Shown in pieces: positions 38,883-49,180 of a stretch of 64,000 nt of DNA (its first letter is position 1; every line of letters starts with the position of its first letter). Made by a program: the position numbers and the translations under genes. The DNA comes from Candidatus Latescibacterota bacterium. Its GTDB lineage: Bacteria > Latescibacterota > UBA2968 > UBA8231. The stretch is taken from assembly GCA_965197905.1 (NCBI GenBank), contig CBDAOB010000004.1:1920001-1984000 (forward strand). The letters run 5' to 3'. Below the pieces are notes generated by a model. That model saw nothing but the letters and a program-made list of their open reading frames with translations, ran no database searches and was not told where the DNA came from.

Positions 38883-39389
38883 ATGTCTGTCAGTTGGAAG
38901 ATCTGGGGCCTGGCGGTCCTTTTTGCTACAGCTACTCTCGCCGGGTGCGCCGGGGATGGCAGCAGTCTCGGTCCCGACGGCCGTCCGGAAGCTGCCAACG
39001 GTGATGCCAATAGCGACGAAAACGGTGATGCGAATGGGGATGAAAATGGCGACGGTGATGACGGTGCTCCGAAGGTCACCCTGGCTCAATTGAGCACGGA
39101 GATTTTCACACCGAACTGCACCTCCTCGGGTTGTCATGGCGGTTCCTTCGTGTCGGCAAACATGTCGCTGGAAGCGGATCGAATCGCTGACGAGATCATC
39201 GGCGTCGCCAGCAGCGGCTACGATCTAAATCGGATCGAACCTGGAGATCCGGAAGCCTCTCTCCTGTTAAAGAAGGTTCGTGGCGACGACGACGTGAGTT
39301 CGCAGATGCCTTTGAATCGAACCCCACTGACGGCGGAGCAGATCGAGTTGATCCGCGCCTGGATCGCTGCGGGGGCCCCGATCGAGTAG
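38883..39389 (+). CDS. Lipoprotein with a c-type cytochrome-like domain (CX4CH)
   Basis: Lipobox LAGC; CTSSGCH; PGDPEASLL, MP..., IRAWIAAGAP (planctomycete cytochrome c-like). Confidence 0.75.
   Translation: MSVSWKIWGLAVLFATATLAGCAGDGSSLGPDGRPEAANGDANSDENGDANGDENGDGDDGAPKVTLAQLSTEIFTPNCTSSGCHGGSFVSANMSLEADRIADEIIGVASSGYDLNRIEPGDPEASLLLKKVRGDDDVSSQMPLNRTPLTAEQIELIRAWIAAGAPIE
38997..39065 (+). repeat. Degenerate 24-bp tandem repeat encoding an acidic NGDA/NGDE linker
   Basis: AACGGTGATGCCAATAGCGACGAA / AACGGTGATGCGAATGGGGATGAA / AATGGCGAC... Confidence 0.6.
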
Positions 39390-39413
39390 GTCGACTTAGA
39401 GTGGAGAACTGGA

Positions 39414-40559
39414 ATGAGCACGGTTGAATCGATCGTAGCCGAGCGCTACAGTTCGGCGGCAAATGCTCCCGAGGTGGCGCTCTGCTGCCCGGTGGATTAC
39501 GATCCGCGGTATCTCCGCCAAATTCCCGAGGAAATCATCGAGAAGGATTACGGATGCGGAGACCCTTCACGCCACGTCAAAGAAGGGGAGACGGTTCTCG
39601 ATTTGGGGTCCGGGGGCGGGAAGATCTGCTACATCGCTTCGCAAATCGTCGGAGAACGAGGAAGCGTCATCGGCGTAGACATGAACGACGATATGCTGGC
39701 GTTGGCGCGTGGTTACCAGGATGAGATGGCGTCGCGCCTGGGCTACGGCAATGTTTCATTCTTGAAAGGGCGCATTCAGGATCTCACCCTGGATCGGGAT
39801 CGTATCGATACCTGGTTGCAAAAGCATCCGGTCCTGAACGAGGCATCACTGCGGCAGTTCGAGGAGCACGTGGCTCAACAACGACGTAAGCATCCTCTGG
39901 TCGACTCCGACTCGGTCGATGTCGTTTTGAGCAACTGCGTGCTCAATCTGGTGGAGGATGCACAAAAGGTACAACTCTTCAGCGAGATCTTCCGCGTTCT
40001 GCGCCGCGGCGGTCGCGCCGCCATTAGCGACATCGTCGCCGACGAACCTGTGCCTATCGACCTCAAGCAAGACAACACGCTGTGGAGCGGTTGTATCTCT
40101 GGGGCCATGGAAGAAGGCGCCTTTGTAAACGCGTTTGTGGATGCCGGCTTCTACGGCGTCGAGATCGCCAAGCGCGACGCGGAGCCGTGGCAGACGGTGT
40201 CCGGCATCGAGTTCCGCAGCGTCACCGTGGTCGCTTACAAGGGAAAAGAAGGGGAGTGTTGGGACCACAACGAGGCGTTGATATACAAGGGACCTTTTAG
40301 CAGGGTGACCGACGACGACGGCCAAGCCTTTGTGCGCGGTGAGCGAACGGCCGTCTGCCGCAAGACCTACGAAATCTATTCCAGGGAGCCGTACGCAGAT
40401 CAGTTCGAGCAGGTCGAACCCCTCGAACAGCTCGATGACCCCGAGCCGTTTCCCTGTACCGGAGGGATCGTGCGGCGCCACCCCCGGCACACCAAAGGCC
40501 ACGATTACGATGCTACCATCGAGGCCGGGGAATGTTGTGAGCCCGGGAGCTGCTGCTAG
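39414..40559 (+). CDS. arsM: Arsenite methyltransferase-like SAM methyltransferase
   Basis: LCCP, YGCGDP, LDLGSGGG, SNCVLNL, WSGCISGA; CC..CC tail. Confidence 0.75.
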   Translation: MSTVESIVAERYSSAANAPEVALCCPVDYDPRYLRQIPEEIIEKDYGCGDPSRHVKEGETVLDLGSGGGKICYIASQIVGERGSVIGVDMNDDMLALARGYQDEMASRLGYGNVSFLKGRIQDLTLDRDRIDTWLQKHPVLNEASLRQFEEHVAQQRRKHPLVDSDSVDVVLSNCVLNLVEDAQKVQLFSEIFRVLRRGGRAAISDIVADEPVPIDLKQDNTLWSGCISGAMEEGAFVNAFVDAGFYGVEIAKRDAEPWQTVSGIEFRSVTVVAYKGKEGECWDHNEALIYKGPFSRVTDDDGQAFVRGERTAVCRKTYEIYSREPYADQFEQVEPLEQLDDPEPFPCTGGIVRRHPRHTKGHDYDATIEAGECCEPGSCC

Positions 40560-40595
40560 CTAGGCGGAAGCGTCGTCCGTGTAGATCACACGCAT

Positions 40596-40637
40596 AGAAA
40601 GGGGCGCGCCCGATGCGATCGAACCGCGCCTATTTCT
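40596..40637. terminator. Possible bidirectional terminator between convergent arsM and acs
   Basis: AGAAA-GG-GGCGCG...CGCGCC-TA-TTTCT imperfect hairpin. Confidence 0.35.
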
Positions 40638-40645
40638 GGTACGGC

Positions 40646-42613
40646 TCATTTGTTTTTGATCAGGTCGTCCACCACCCCCGGATCGGCCAGGGTCGAGGTG
40701 TCGCCGATGGAGTCGGTCTCATCGGTGGCAATTTTGCGCAGGATGCGCCGCATGATCTTTCCCGATCTCGTCTTCGGCAATCCGGGCGCCCAGTGAACCA
40801 CATCGGGCTGTGCGATCGGGCCGATCGCCGTCCGCACGTGGGCGCGGAGTTCCTTTTTCAGCTCTTCGGTGTACTCCTCTCCGACATTCAAGGTCACGTA
40901 GGCGTAAATTCCCTGGCCCTTAACTTCGTGCGGGAAACCGACGACGGCGGCCTCCGCCACCTTCGTATGTAACACTAGAGCGCTTTCCACTTCAGCCGTC
41001 CCCATCCGATGTCCGGAGACATTGATGACATCATCCACGCGGCCGGTGATCCAGTAATATCCATCTTCATCCCGCCGACAGCCGTCACCCGTGAAGTAAT
41101 ACCCTTTGTACTGCTGGAAGTAGGTTTTCTCAAAGCGCTCGTGGTCTCCATAAACCGTTCGCATCTGGCCTGGCCACGGTCGTTTCAGCGCGAGGACGCC
41201 GCTGACGTTGTTCCCCTCCAACACCTTCCCCGATTCAGGGTCGAGAACCACCGGCTCAATGCCGAAGAAAGGAAGCGTGGCTGACCCCGGTTTCGTCGGT
41301 ACGGCACCGGGAAGGGGGGTGATGAGGATGCCACCGGTCTCCGTCTGCCACCAGGTGTCGACGATGGGACAGCGTTGCTTGCCGGCGTTGGTATGATACC
41401 AGCGCCACGCCTCCGGATTGATCGGCTCGCCCACGGTGCCCAGCAAACGCAGGGACGGCATGTCGTATTTGTTGGGCCACTCCTCTCCTTCGCGAGCGAT
41501 GGCGCGAATGGCGGTCGGGGCGGTATAGAACTGGTTGACGTTCCACTTTTCGACCACTTGCCAGTAGCGGCCTGGATCTGGGTAGGTGGGAATCCCCTCG
41601 AACATCACGGTGGTAGCGCCGTTGCCCAACGGACCGTACAAGATGTAAGAGTGACCGGTAACCCAGCCGATGTCGGCGGCACAAAAGTAGATGTCGCCGT
41701 CGTGATAATCGAAGACGTATTTGTGGGTGACGGCGGTATACACCATGTAACCCCCGACGTTGTGCTGCACCCCTTTCGGCTTGCCCGTCGATCCGGAGGT
41801 GTAGAGCAAGAACAACGGGTCTTCGGCGTCCATTTGTTCGCACGGACATTCCGCATCCGCCCCTGCCATGAGATCGTGCCACCAGAAGTCTCGCCCTTCC
41901 TGCATCTGGCAGTCGAATTCCGAGTTCCCCCTGACCCGCTCGACCACCACACACGTCTTCACCGGTTTTCCCATCTGCTTCTGGGCTGCATCCATCGCCT
42001 CGTCCGCAACTGGTTTCATCAGCACCGGTTTGTCGCCGCGATGGGTGCCGTTGCAGGTGATCAGGGTCGTGCAGGTGGAATCGGCGATGCGGTCCGCCAG
42101 CGAGTCGGCCGAAAACCCGCCGAAAACCACCGAGTGCACGGCGCCGATTCGGGCACAGGCAAGCATGGCCACCGGCAACTCCGGTATCATCGGCAGATAG
42201 ATAGAAACTCGATCTCCTCGTCGCACCCCTTTTGATTTCAAGACATTGGCGAACTTGCAAACCTGCTCGTGCAAATCCCGATAGGTAATCGTCGCGTCTT
42301 CACCGGGTTGGTTCCCTTCCCAAATGATCGCAATCTGGTCACCGCGGTTCTCCAAGTGCCGATCCAAGCAGTTGTAGGCGATGCTGGTTTTGCCGCCGTC
42401 GAACCAGCGGAGGGAGATGGGGCCTTGCTCCACGTCGTAGTTGAACGAGCTTACCGCCTGCCACTTCTCGTACCAGTGAAACTCACCGGCCTGCTCCGCC
42501 CAGTAGGCGTCGGGGTCGGCGACGGAACGCGCATACTCGCCCGAATACTCCTCCATATTCTTGACGTGCGCGCGTTTCTGGAAATCAGCTGAGGGAGGAT
42601 ACAGTTCAGCCAT
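40646..42613 (-). CDS. acs: Acetyl-CoA synthetase
   Basis: [55 protein letters not shown]. Confidence 0.97.
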   Translation of the reverse strand: MAELYPPSADFQKRAHVKNMEEYSGEYARSVADPDAYWAEQAGEFHWYEKWQAVSSFNYDVEQGPISLRWFDGGKTSIAYNCLDRHLENRGDQIAIIWEGNQPGEDATITYRDLHEQVCKFANVLKSKGVRRGDRVSIYLPMIPELPVAMLACARIGAVHSVVFGGFSADSLADRIADSTCTTLITCNGTHRGDKPVLMKPVADEAMDAAQKQMGKPVKTCVVVERVRGNSEFDCQMQEGRDFWWHDLMAGADAECPCEQMDAEDPLFLLYTSGSTGKPKGVQHNVGGYMVYTAVTHKYVFDYHDGDIYFCAADIGWVTGHSYILYGPLGNGATTVMFEGIPTYPDPGRYWQVVEKWNVNQFYTAPTAIRAIAREGEEWPNKYDMPSLRLLGTVGEPINPEAWRWYHTNAGKQRCPIVDTWWQTETGGILITPLPGAVPTKPGSATLPFFGIEPVVLDPESGKVLEGNNVSGVLALKRPWPGQMRTVYGDHERFEKTYFQQYKGYYFTGDGCRRDEDGYYWITGRVDDVINVSGHRMGTAEVESALVLHTKVAEAAVVGFPHEVKGQGIYAYVTLNVGEEYTEELKKELRAHVRTAIGPIAQPDVVHWAPGLPKTRSGKIMRRILRKIATDETDSIGDTSTLADPGVVDDLIKNK

Positions 42614-42825
42614 CGGGGAATTCTCCTGATAGATTTTTGCGTTTGATTGTCATTGGTCTTGCGATTGGCGGGTCGTCCCAGCAGGTAATATCATGAGTAG
42701 CCAGGGGTACGGAAAGGCCCCATCAATCCCGCACCCCTACTTTCTGGATGCCTGTACGAATCCAGATCTCCCGAACGGTCGGACGGAGAAGGCGCTCACC
42801 TTTGAGACGAGAGGCCGCCTGAGAT

Positions 42826-44055
42826 TCAGAGGATACGGCGTATGATTTGAACGGTTGCCTCAGCACCTTTGGCTACTGACTGGGAAGGCCCCAGCACGAC
42901 AATGCCGTTGGCTCCCAACATGGAGGTGAGCATGTGAGAACCCTGGCGTTTGAAGGCGGTTGCCTTTAGCACGCCCCTCTCGTAGGTGAGTCTTGCGCGC
43001 AGGTAATCGCGTCGCTCGCCGCGGTTTTTGACGTCATGCTCCATGATCGCTGTGGTCTGGGGCAACAGCCATTCGTCCTCAGGATAACAGGACGCTTTGC
43101 GGATGGCGGGGCGGACAAACTGCAAGAACGACATCATGCTGGACACTGGATTACCGGGGAGTCCAAAGTAAGGTTTGTTGCGCAGGGTGCAGAAGAACAG
43201 GGGTTTGCCCGGCTTCATCGAGACTCTCCAAAGACCCGCCTCAGCGCCCATCTCATCCAGCACCTTTTTCACGAAGTCGTACTCGCCGACGGAGACCCCC
43301 CCCGAGGAGAGGATGAAATCTGCCGCAAGGGCGGTCTCCACCGCCTGCCGGGTGGCTTCCTCGGTGTCGCGAACGATGGGCAACATCCACGGGAGCGCAC
43401 CGTGAGATCTGCACAACGCGGCGAGGGCGTAGGTATTGCTGTCGACGATCTTGCCATCTTGAAGAGGCTCGCTCAAATCCACCAGCTCGTCGCCGGTGGA
43501 GAGGATCGCCGCAGTGGGTCGGCGATAGACAGGTAATACGGGGTACTGCTGCGCCGCCAGCACCCCCAGCTCGCCACTTTCGCAACACGTACCCGCGGCA
43601 ATCAGGGTGGCGCCCGCCTGGATATCCTCGCCCCGTCGCCGCACGTTTCCGTTCATGGGTTCCGGCGCCAGGATATCCACCCTATCTGGCTGAGGTTGGG
43701 TGTCCTCGATGCGAACCACCGTATCTGCACCCGCGGGCAACGGAGCCCCGGTCATGATGCGGCTGGCTTGACCCTGGCCAACCGTTTCTAGCGGAATGCT
43801 ACCGGCCGGGATTTCCTCCACCACGGCGAGCCGGGCCGGGGCGCTTGCCGACGCGTCGCGCACATCCTCATGGCGCACAGCGTAGCCGTCCATCGCGGAA
43901 TTATCCAGTGGCGGATTGTCGTGGCGGGCGACGATATCGTTCGCCACCAGCCGGCCAAGGGCATCGATCAGGGAAACGCGCTCAACACCCAGTGGGACGA
44001 TCTTCGACAAGACGATCTGTTGCGCTTCTTCCGGTGACAATATGGGAGCATTCAT
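42826..44055 (-). CDS. moeA: Molybdopterin molybdotransferase
   Basis: NSAMDGYA, IMTGAPLP.GAD, STGDEL, SGGVSVG..D, KPGKP, GLPGNPVS. Confidence 0.96.
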   Translation of the reverse strand: MNAPILSPEEAQQIVLSKIVPLGVERVSLIDALGRLVANDIVARHDNPPLDNSAMDGYAVRHEDVRDASASAPARLAVVEEIPAGSIPLETVGQGQASRIMTGAPLPAGADTVVRIEDTQPQPDRVDILAPEPMNGNVRRRGEDIQAGATLIAAGTCCESGELGVLAAQQYPVLPVYRRPTAAILSTGDELVDLSEPLQDGKIVDSNTYALAALCRSHGALPWMLPIVRDTEEATRQAVETALAADFILSSGGVSVGEYDFVKKVLDEMGAEAGLWRVSMKPGKPLFFCTLRNKPYFGLPGNPVSSMMSFLQFVRPAIRKASCYPEDEWLLPQTTAIMEHDVKNRGERRDYLRARLTYERGVLKATAFKRQGSHMLTSMLGANGIVVLGPSQSVAKGAEATVQIIRRIL

Positions 44056-44216
44056 GGCGTGTGTACGCTCGACCTGACAGGGTGGTGCATATCTACCTCA
44101 CTGATGGATCGCAAGAAGATAACGGCCGCGGGGGCAGGTTCAAGAGAGCGGCGCGGCGGTCCCCGCCCTGGAGGTGTACAACCCTCACTCCTGCTGCGAG
44201 TTAGATCGCCATCTCG

Positions 44217-44245
44217 TTGATGATGCGCCATCCGTTGGGTATATT
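44217..44245 (+). promoter_or_regulatory. Sigma70-like promoter, probably giving a leaderless mRNA
   Basis: TTGATG-N17-TATATT, 8 nt before ATG 44254, no SD sequence. Confidence 0.5.
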
Positions 44246-44253
44246 CTCCCCCA

Positions 44254-45357
44254 ATGACCCCACCCGAACCGATACAGTTTACTCGGGGTGTTCCCACTGA
44301 CGAAGCTCTTTGCCCCGAGGCGGTAGGAGCCTGCTGCACGTCAGCCCTTGCGAAGTTCGGTGCCGACGCTGTCCAATACGGCACGGTTTTCGGGTTCGCT
44401 CCACTTTTGCAGTGGCTGGCCGAACGCTACGCGGTGGGGATCGATCACGTGCTTGCTTCCAACAGCTCGCTGCAGGTCTTCGACCTATTATGCCAGGCCA
44501 TGCTACAACCCGGCGATTCGGTGTTGACCGAGGTTCCCACCTACGACCGGGCTATCGCCGTATTGCGCCGGCACGGCGCCAAGATTTACGGTGTTCCGCT
44601 GGAGCAGGACGGTCCTTCGATTGAGCAGCTGGAGAATCTGGTAGAAACACAAAAACCACGCTTCTTCTACGTCATTCCAGATTTTCAGAATCCTTCCGGC
44701 ATCACCTACTCCGCGGAAAAACGCGATCACCTAATTCGGCTAGCACGCAAACATCGATTTACGATCATCGAAGACACGCCCTATCGGCTACTGCGTTATC
44801 GCGGGTCCGACGAACGCACCCTGTTTTCGATCGCGCCCGAGCTGGTGGTTCACATCCTCTCGTTCAGCAAACTGATCGTCCCTGGAACTCGAGTCGGCGC
44901 ACTGGTGGGCCACCCGGAACTCGTCATGGAGATCGCAGCGCTTGCCGAGAATACCTACCTGACCCCCGGGATTCTCGGTCAGGCTATCGTCTGCGAGTTC
45001 TTGACCCAGGGTTTTCTGCAACCGCAGATCGAACGATTGAAATCGGTGTATCGGCCCCGCCTCGATGCCTGTTTGGACGCCCTCGACAAACACCTTCCTG
45101 CGGCGATATCGAGCCGACCTGACGGTGGCTTTTTCGTCTCGCTGGAGCTCCCGGCCGGGGTCGGAGCGCAAGGCGTACGGGAAGAGGCGTCGAAAAATCA
45201 CCTAACGCTCACCGACGGCGCGGCGTTTTTTCCGAACGGGGGCGGCGAACGGTTTTTACGCCTGCCAATCTGTTACCTGGATGCCGACCAGATCGCCCAA
45301 GGCATTTGCCGGCTGGCGCGTATTGTTGATTCGCAAACCAGCGGTTCCGGATCATGA
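44254..45357 (+). CDS. PLP-dependent class I/II aminotransferase (LysN-like)
   Basis: IPDFQNPSG, EDTPY, SFSKLIVPGTRVG. Confidence 0.88.
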   Translation: MTPPEPIQFTRGVPTDEALCPEAVGACCTSALAKFGADAVQYGTVFGFAPLLQWLAERYAVGIDHVLASNSSLQVFDLLCQAMLQPGDSVLTEVPTYDRAIAVLRRHGAKIYGVPLEQDGPSIEQLENLVETQKPRFFYVIPDFQNPSGITYSAEKRDHLIRLARKHRFTIIEDTPYRLLRYRGSDERTLFSIAPELVVHILSFSKLIVPGTRVGALVGHPELVMEIAALAENTYLTPGILGQAIVCEFLTQGFLQPQIERLKSVYRPRLDACLDALDKHLPAAISSRPDGGFFVSLELPAGVGAQGVREEASKNHLTLTDGAAFFPNGGGERFLRLPICYLDADQIAQGICRLARIVDSQTSGSGS

Positions 45358-45433
45358 ATCCGCCTCCGCTGGCGTCAAGCACAGCGGATCGAAATTGCTA
45401 TATTCTGCAGATCAAACACAAGGAGACTGCATC

Positions 45434-46462
45434 ATGAATCCCAAGGCGTTACTCATATCGGCAACAACCCTGATCCTGGCGTTTTTCGTCATGGCAGCGA
45501 ATGCCCAGACACGTGAGAAAGGGCCGTGGTGGCCGCACCCCCGCTGGGGATCTGAAGATCAGGCCGGCGGTTCCAACTGGATTACGGCGGAGAAGATTCT
45601 CCAGTCCATTCGCCTGGTGGACAAAGGCAAGGTCTACGAACTTGGGCAGGTGTACGAGCGCGGTATGCCGCTGTTCGGCCAGCGGACCTACGCCATGTTT
45701 ATCCCCGGCTCCCCCACGGGCGGCCCGTTCGGCGAGAACAACATGCTGATGTACCACGACGAGTTTCTGTGTGCCGAGATCGGGCAAGTGGGGACTCAGT
45801 TCGACGGTTTAGCACACATTGGCACGCGCACAAAAATGGCGGATGGATCTGTCGCCGACGTGTTCTACAACGGGTATACCGTCGACGAAATGGCCGGGGC
45901 GTATGGCGTCCAGAAGCTCGGGATTGAGCACGTGAAACCGTTTATCACCCGCGGCGTGCTCATCGACATTGCCGGCTACAAAGGAGTCGCGGCTCTGGAT
46001 CATAGCTACGAAGTTACCGTCGACGATGTCCGCGGGGCTTTGAAGCGACAGAATATCTCCGAGGAAAGCATCAATCCCGGCGACGCGTTATTCTTCAATT
46101 ACGGGTGGTCGAAACACTGGTCGAACGCGGAAAAATACAATTCCAATCCGCCTGGCATCGGCCTCGGGGTCGCAGGCTGGATCGTCGAAAAACAAGCCTC
46201 CATGATCGGCGCCGACCAGTGGACCACCGAAGTGGTCCCCAAACTGGTCGGCGATTTCCTCGGTGGCAAGCCAGTTCCCGAGCCTGGAATGATGTTCCCG
46301 GTCCACCAGGAGTTGATCGTCAAGGCCGGCATCTTCAACCTGGAGAATATGGTGTACGACGAGCTGCTGGCGGACCAGACGTATGAATTTCTGTTTGTCT
46401 TTACTCCGACTCGGTTCAAAGGAGGCACGGGTTCGCCGGGAAGACCGATCGCTATCCGTTGA
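45434..46462 (+). CDS. Exported cyclase / kynurenine formamidase-family hydrolase
   Basis: Signal peptide; WGSEDQAG..N, QVGTQFDGLAH, TRGVLID, PGIG, VHQ, NLEN, GGTGSP.RPIA; RBS AAGGAG. Confidence 0.85.
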   Translation: MNPKALLISATTLILAFFVMAANAQTREKGPWWPHPRWGSEDQAGGSNWITAEKILQSIRLVDKGKVYELGQVYERGMPLFGQRTYAMFIPGSPTGGPFGENNMLMYHDEFLCAEIGQVGTQFDGLAHIGTRTKMADGSVADVFYNGYTVDEMAGAYGVQKLGIEHVKPFITRGVLIDIAGYKGVAALDHSYEVTVDDVRGALKRQNISEESINPGDALFFNYGWSKHWSNAEKYNSNPPGIGLGVAGWIVEKQASMIGADQWTTEVVPKLVGDFLGGKPVPEPGMMFPVHQELIVKAGIFNLENMVYDELLADQTYEFLFVFTPTRFKGGTGSPGRPIAIR

Positions 46463-46473
46463 ATACTACATAA

Positions 46474-47490
46474 ATGAGATTAGCAGTCGCCGTCGCTTTT
46501 CTGTTGACGGCACGGTGTACCGCCGCAGAGCGGGACGCGAATGCGCTGTCCCTGCAACTGCCCCTTGGGCTTCAGGATGAAGCGGCCTATCTGCCCGCCG
46601 ACAACCCACTAACCGCCGCCAAGGTGGCGCTGGGCAAGCAACTCTTTTTCGATCCACGTTTATCCCGGGACCTATCGTTATCCTGCGCCTCGTGCCACGA
46701 CCCGGAGTTTGCATTCACGGACGGGAATTCCGTTTCCCAGGGCATTGATGGTCACACTGGCCGCCGCAGCGCGCCGACGTTGGTGAATCGACTGTTCAGC
46801 AAGGAGCAGTTTTGGGATGGACGAGCCGCCGATCTCGAAGCGCAATCCAGAATGCCGATCACCGACCCGAATGAAATGGGGTCGGCGGCGAAAGAGGTCG
46901 TAGAGCGGATTCGTCGCAGTGACGGGTACCGCCGTCAATTCCGCGAGGTATTCGGTGCGGACGTGATCAGCTTCGACCGTATCGCGGATGCCATTGCCGC
47001 CTTTGAACGCACTCTGGTCTCCGGCGATGCGGCTTACGATCGGTTTGTGGCCGGCGACTCGACTGCCATAATTGTGGCGGCGATACGCGGAGAGAAGCTG
47101 TTCAAAGGCAAAGCCCAGTGTTTTAGATGTCATGCCGGTTTCAACTTCACCGATGAAAGCTTTCGCAACGTGGGCGTCGCGATGGACCAAAAAGCTCCGG
47201 ATCTTGGACGCTTCGAGGTGTCGGGCATTGCTGCAGAGCGCGGGGCGTTCAAGACGCCAACGCTGCGGGATGTGGCCCGGACGGCACCTTACTTTCACGA
47301 CGGGTCGGCTCCTACCCTGAAGGAGGTGATCGACTACTACGACCGCGGCGGGATCCAAAACCCCAATCTGGCCCCTGAAATAAAACCTCTGCATCTGAGC
47401 GCCCTGGAAAAAGCCGACCTCGTGGCATTTCTCGAATCGCTCACCGGCAACAGCCTGGGGTCGTTCGAGGCCCCTGCATTGCCGGAATAA
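46474..47490 (+). CDS. Di-heme cytochrome c peroxidase / MauG family protein
   Basis: LGKQLFFDPRLS, CASCH, QFWDGRA, CFRCH, FKTPTLR, TAPYFHDG. Confidence 0.92.
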   Translation: MRLAVAVAFLLTARCTAAERDANALSLQLPLGLQDEAAYLPADNPLTAAKVALGKQLFFDPRLSRDLSLSCASCHDPEFAFTDGNSVSQGIDGHTGRRSAPTLVNRLFSKEQFWDGRAADLEAQSRMPITDPNEMGSAAKEVVERIRRSDGYRRQFREVFGADVISFDRIADAIAAFERTLVSGDAAYDRFVAGDSTAIIVAAIRGEKLFKGKAQCFRCHAGFNFTDESFRNVGVAMDQKAPDLGRFEVSGIAAERGAFKTPTLRDVARTAPYFHDGSAPTLKEVIDYYDRGGIQNPNLAPEIKPLHLSALEKADLVAFLESLTGNSLGSFEAPALPE

Positions 47491-47526
47491 CACCTGCTCT
47501 GCCCTTTTGACCCAAAGCAGATCTAG

Positions 47527-48264
47527 ATGAGCCTCACCATCTGCGGGATCCTGTTTTTGCTGGTTGCACCTGCTACGGCACAAAGCAGTTCCGACGCGGC
47601 CTACACCGCGATCGAGGTTGTCAGGGGCGGCACCATACGGGGTACAGCTACCTGGGTGGGCAAAGAGGTTCGGCCGGACACGATTCGAATCGACAAGGAT
47701 CAGGCAATCTGCGGCGGGTTCAAGCTGTCAGAGACCCTTATTGTAGACCCCGTTTCGAACGGGGTAATGAATGCCGTTGTTGAGATTGTCGGCGTCGCTG
47801 CCGGCAAACCGTTCGAAGAGCTGCCAGCACCGCTCATTTCTCAGGAGTCCTGTGTATACGTTCCCCACATACAGGTGTTTCGTCCGCCGGCGAGCTTGAC
47901 CATTCGCAACAACGACGACCTGTTCCACAATATCCACGCATTCGCCGGTCAGACCTCCATGTTCAACGTCTCTCAACCATCCTACATCAAGAAGTGGCCT
48001 GTGCGCCTGGTGGAACAAGCCCGAATCGTCGACATCCGGTGCGACGTACACCCCTGGATGATTGCCTATCTTTATCCCGCAAAGAATCCCTATTTCGCGA
48101 TCACCACGGCGGATGGATCCTTCGAGATTACCGACGTGCCTCCGGGCGAGCATCTCCTTCGGCTGTGGCATGAAACGTTGGGCAGATCCGAGAAAAAGGT
48201 GGTCGTAGCCGAGGGGGCCGAAGTTGAGGTGGTGTTCGGAATCGAGGAGGCAAAACCGGAGTAG
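47527..48264 (+). CDS. Exported protein with cupredoxin-like and carboxypeptidase-regulatory-like domains
   Basis: Signal peptide; Q..CVYVPH, HNIH, CDVHPWM, DGSFEITDVPPG, WHE.LG. Confidence 0.75.
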   Translation: MSLTICGILFLLVAPATAQSSSDAAYTAIEVVRGGTIRGTATWVGKEVRPDTIRIDKDQAICGGFKLSETLIVDPVSNGVMNAVVEIVGVAAGKPFEELPAPLISQESCVYVPHIQVFRPPASLTIRNNDDLFHNIHAFAGQTSMFNVSQPSYIKKWPVRLVEQARIVDIRCDVHPWMIAYLYPAKNPYFAITTADGSFEITDVPPGEHLLRLWHETLGRSEKKVVVAEGAEVEVVFGIEEAKPE

Positions 48265-48280
48265 CACTCCGAGCCTCAAC

Positions 48281-49180
48281 TCAAGACCGTAGCCGCGACT
48301 CCTCAGTGCCAGACCGCGCTGTCAATTCGCCGGCTTCGGCGGGTGCCGTGACACGAGTGACTGCATCGAAGTCGTGACGGACCGCGAGAAGATTCACCAG
48401 GGCAAGGAAAAAACCGGCGATTACAAGCCATTTCAGCCGGCTCTCCTGACGACCCGTCACCCCGCGCAAGTAAAGGTAGGCGGCAAAGACTACCCAGGTT
48501 GGCAGAGTCAGCAGTATCTTCAGGTCTCCGGATCCCAGAAACTCCCCCGGGGCGCCGAAGAACCAAATAACTCCCATCACCAGGCCTATCGTAAACACAA
48601 AAAATCCGGCCCCGGCGAACCTATCTGTCGCATTTGCAGCGGTGTCCAGGGCGGGCAACCACGGGTTTAAACGACCCCTCTTGAGCATCCGCGTCTGCAC
48701 CATGACGATCACCGCCGCGGTAAAGGAGAGGGCGAACCCAACGATGCCGAGAAGGGTGGTACCAACATGCACCCCAAGCCAGGGATACCGCAGCAAGATC
48801 CACTCGGCCTCCTCGAACCGAATTGGCATCAACACGGGGTATAACAAGCCAAAGAACGCCAGCGGGGCTACGATGAAGCCAAGACTGCGAAATTGGGTAA
48901 ACCGCTCTATCATCTCGTTGGCCAGTACTACGGCAATAACAAACAGCGAAATAATCAGCAGCATGTCGGTAAACGGTGACGTGCCAGAAACGGCGAAATG
49001 GATCATTAGACCCACAGCGTGTACGCCCACGCCTACCCTCAGCGTTTTTCGGCCAAGCCCGATCCAGCTGCGCCGACCCAGGAAAATCTGCCCCTGAAAA
49101 AACAGGGATGCGGTCAGGTACAGGGCCAGCGAGACGGCAATGATGGCGGCGCAATCAGTGGTCACGTTCGTCTCCGTCAA
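48281..49180 (-). CDS. ccsA: CcsA/HemX-like cytochrome c assembly membrane protein
   Basis: About 8 TMs, conserved His, LPALD, D.K...TW..FA.YL..R; overlaps the hemA 3' end. Confidence 0.8.
   Translation of the reverse strand: MTETNVTTDCAAIIAVSLALYLTASLFFQGQIFLGRRSWIGLGRKTLRVGVGVHAVGLMIHFAVSGTSPFTDMLLIISLFVIAVVLANEMIERFTQFRSLGFIVAPLAFFGLLYPVLMPIRFEEAEWILLRYPWLGVHVGTTLLGIVGFALSFTAAVIVMVQTRMLKRGRLNPWLPALDTAANATDRFAGAGFFVFTIGLVMGVIWFFGAPGEFLGSGDLKILLTLPTWVVFAAYLYLRGVTGRQESRLKWLVIAGFFLALVNLLAVRHDFDAVTRVTAPAEAGELTARSGTEESRLRS

Noticed and set aside
44056..44216. Possible Moco riboswitch upstream of moeA
   Set aside because: No recognisable conserved Moco motif elements on the minus strand.
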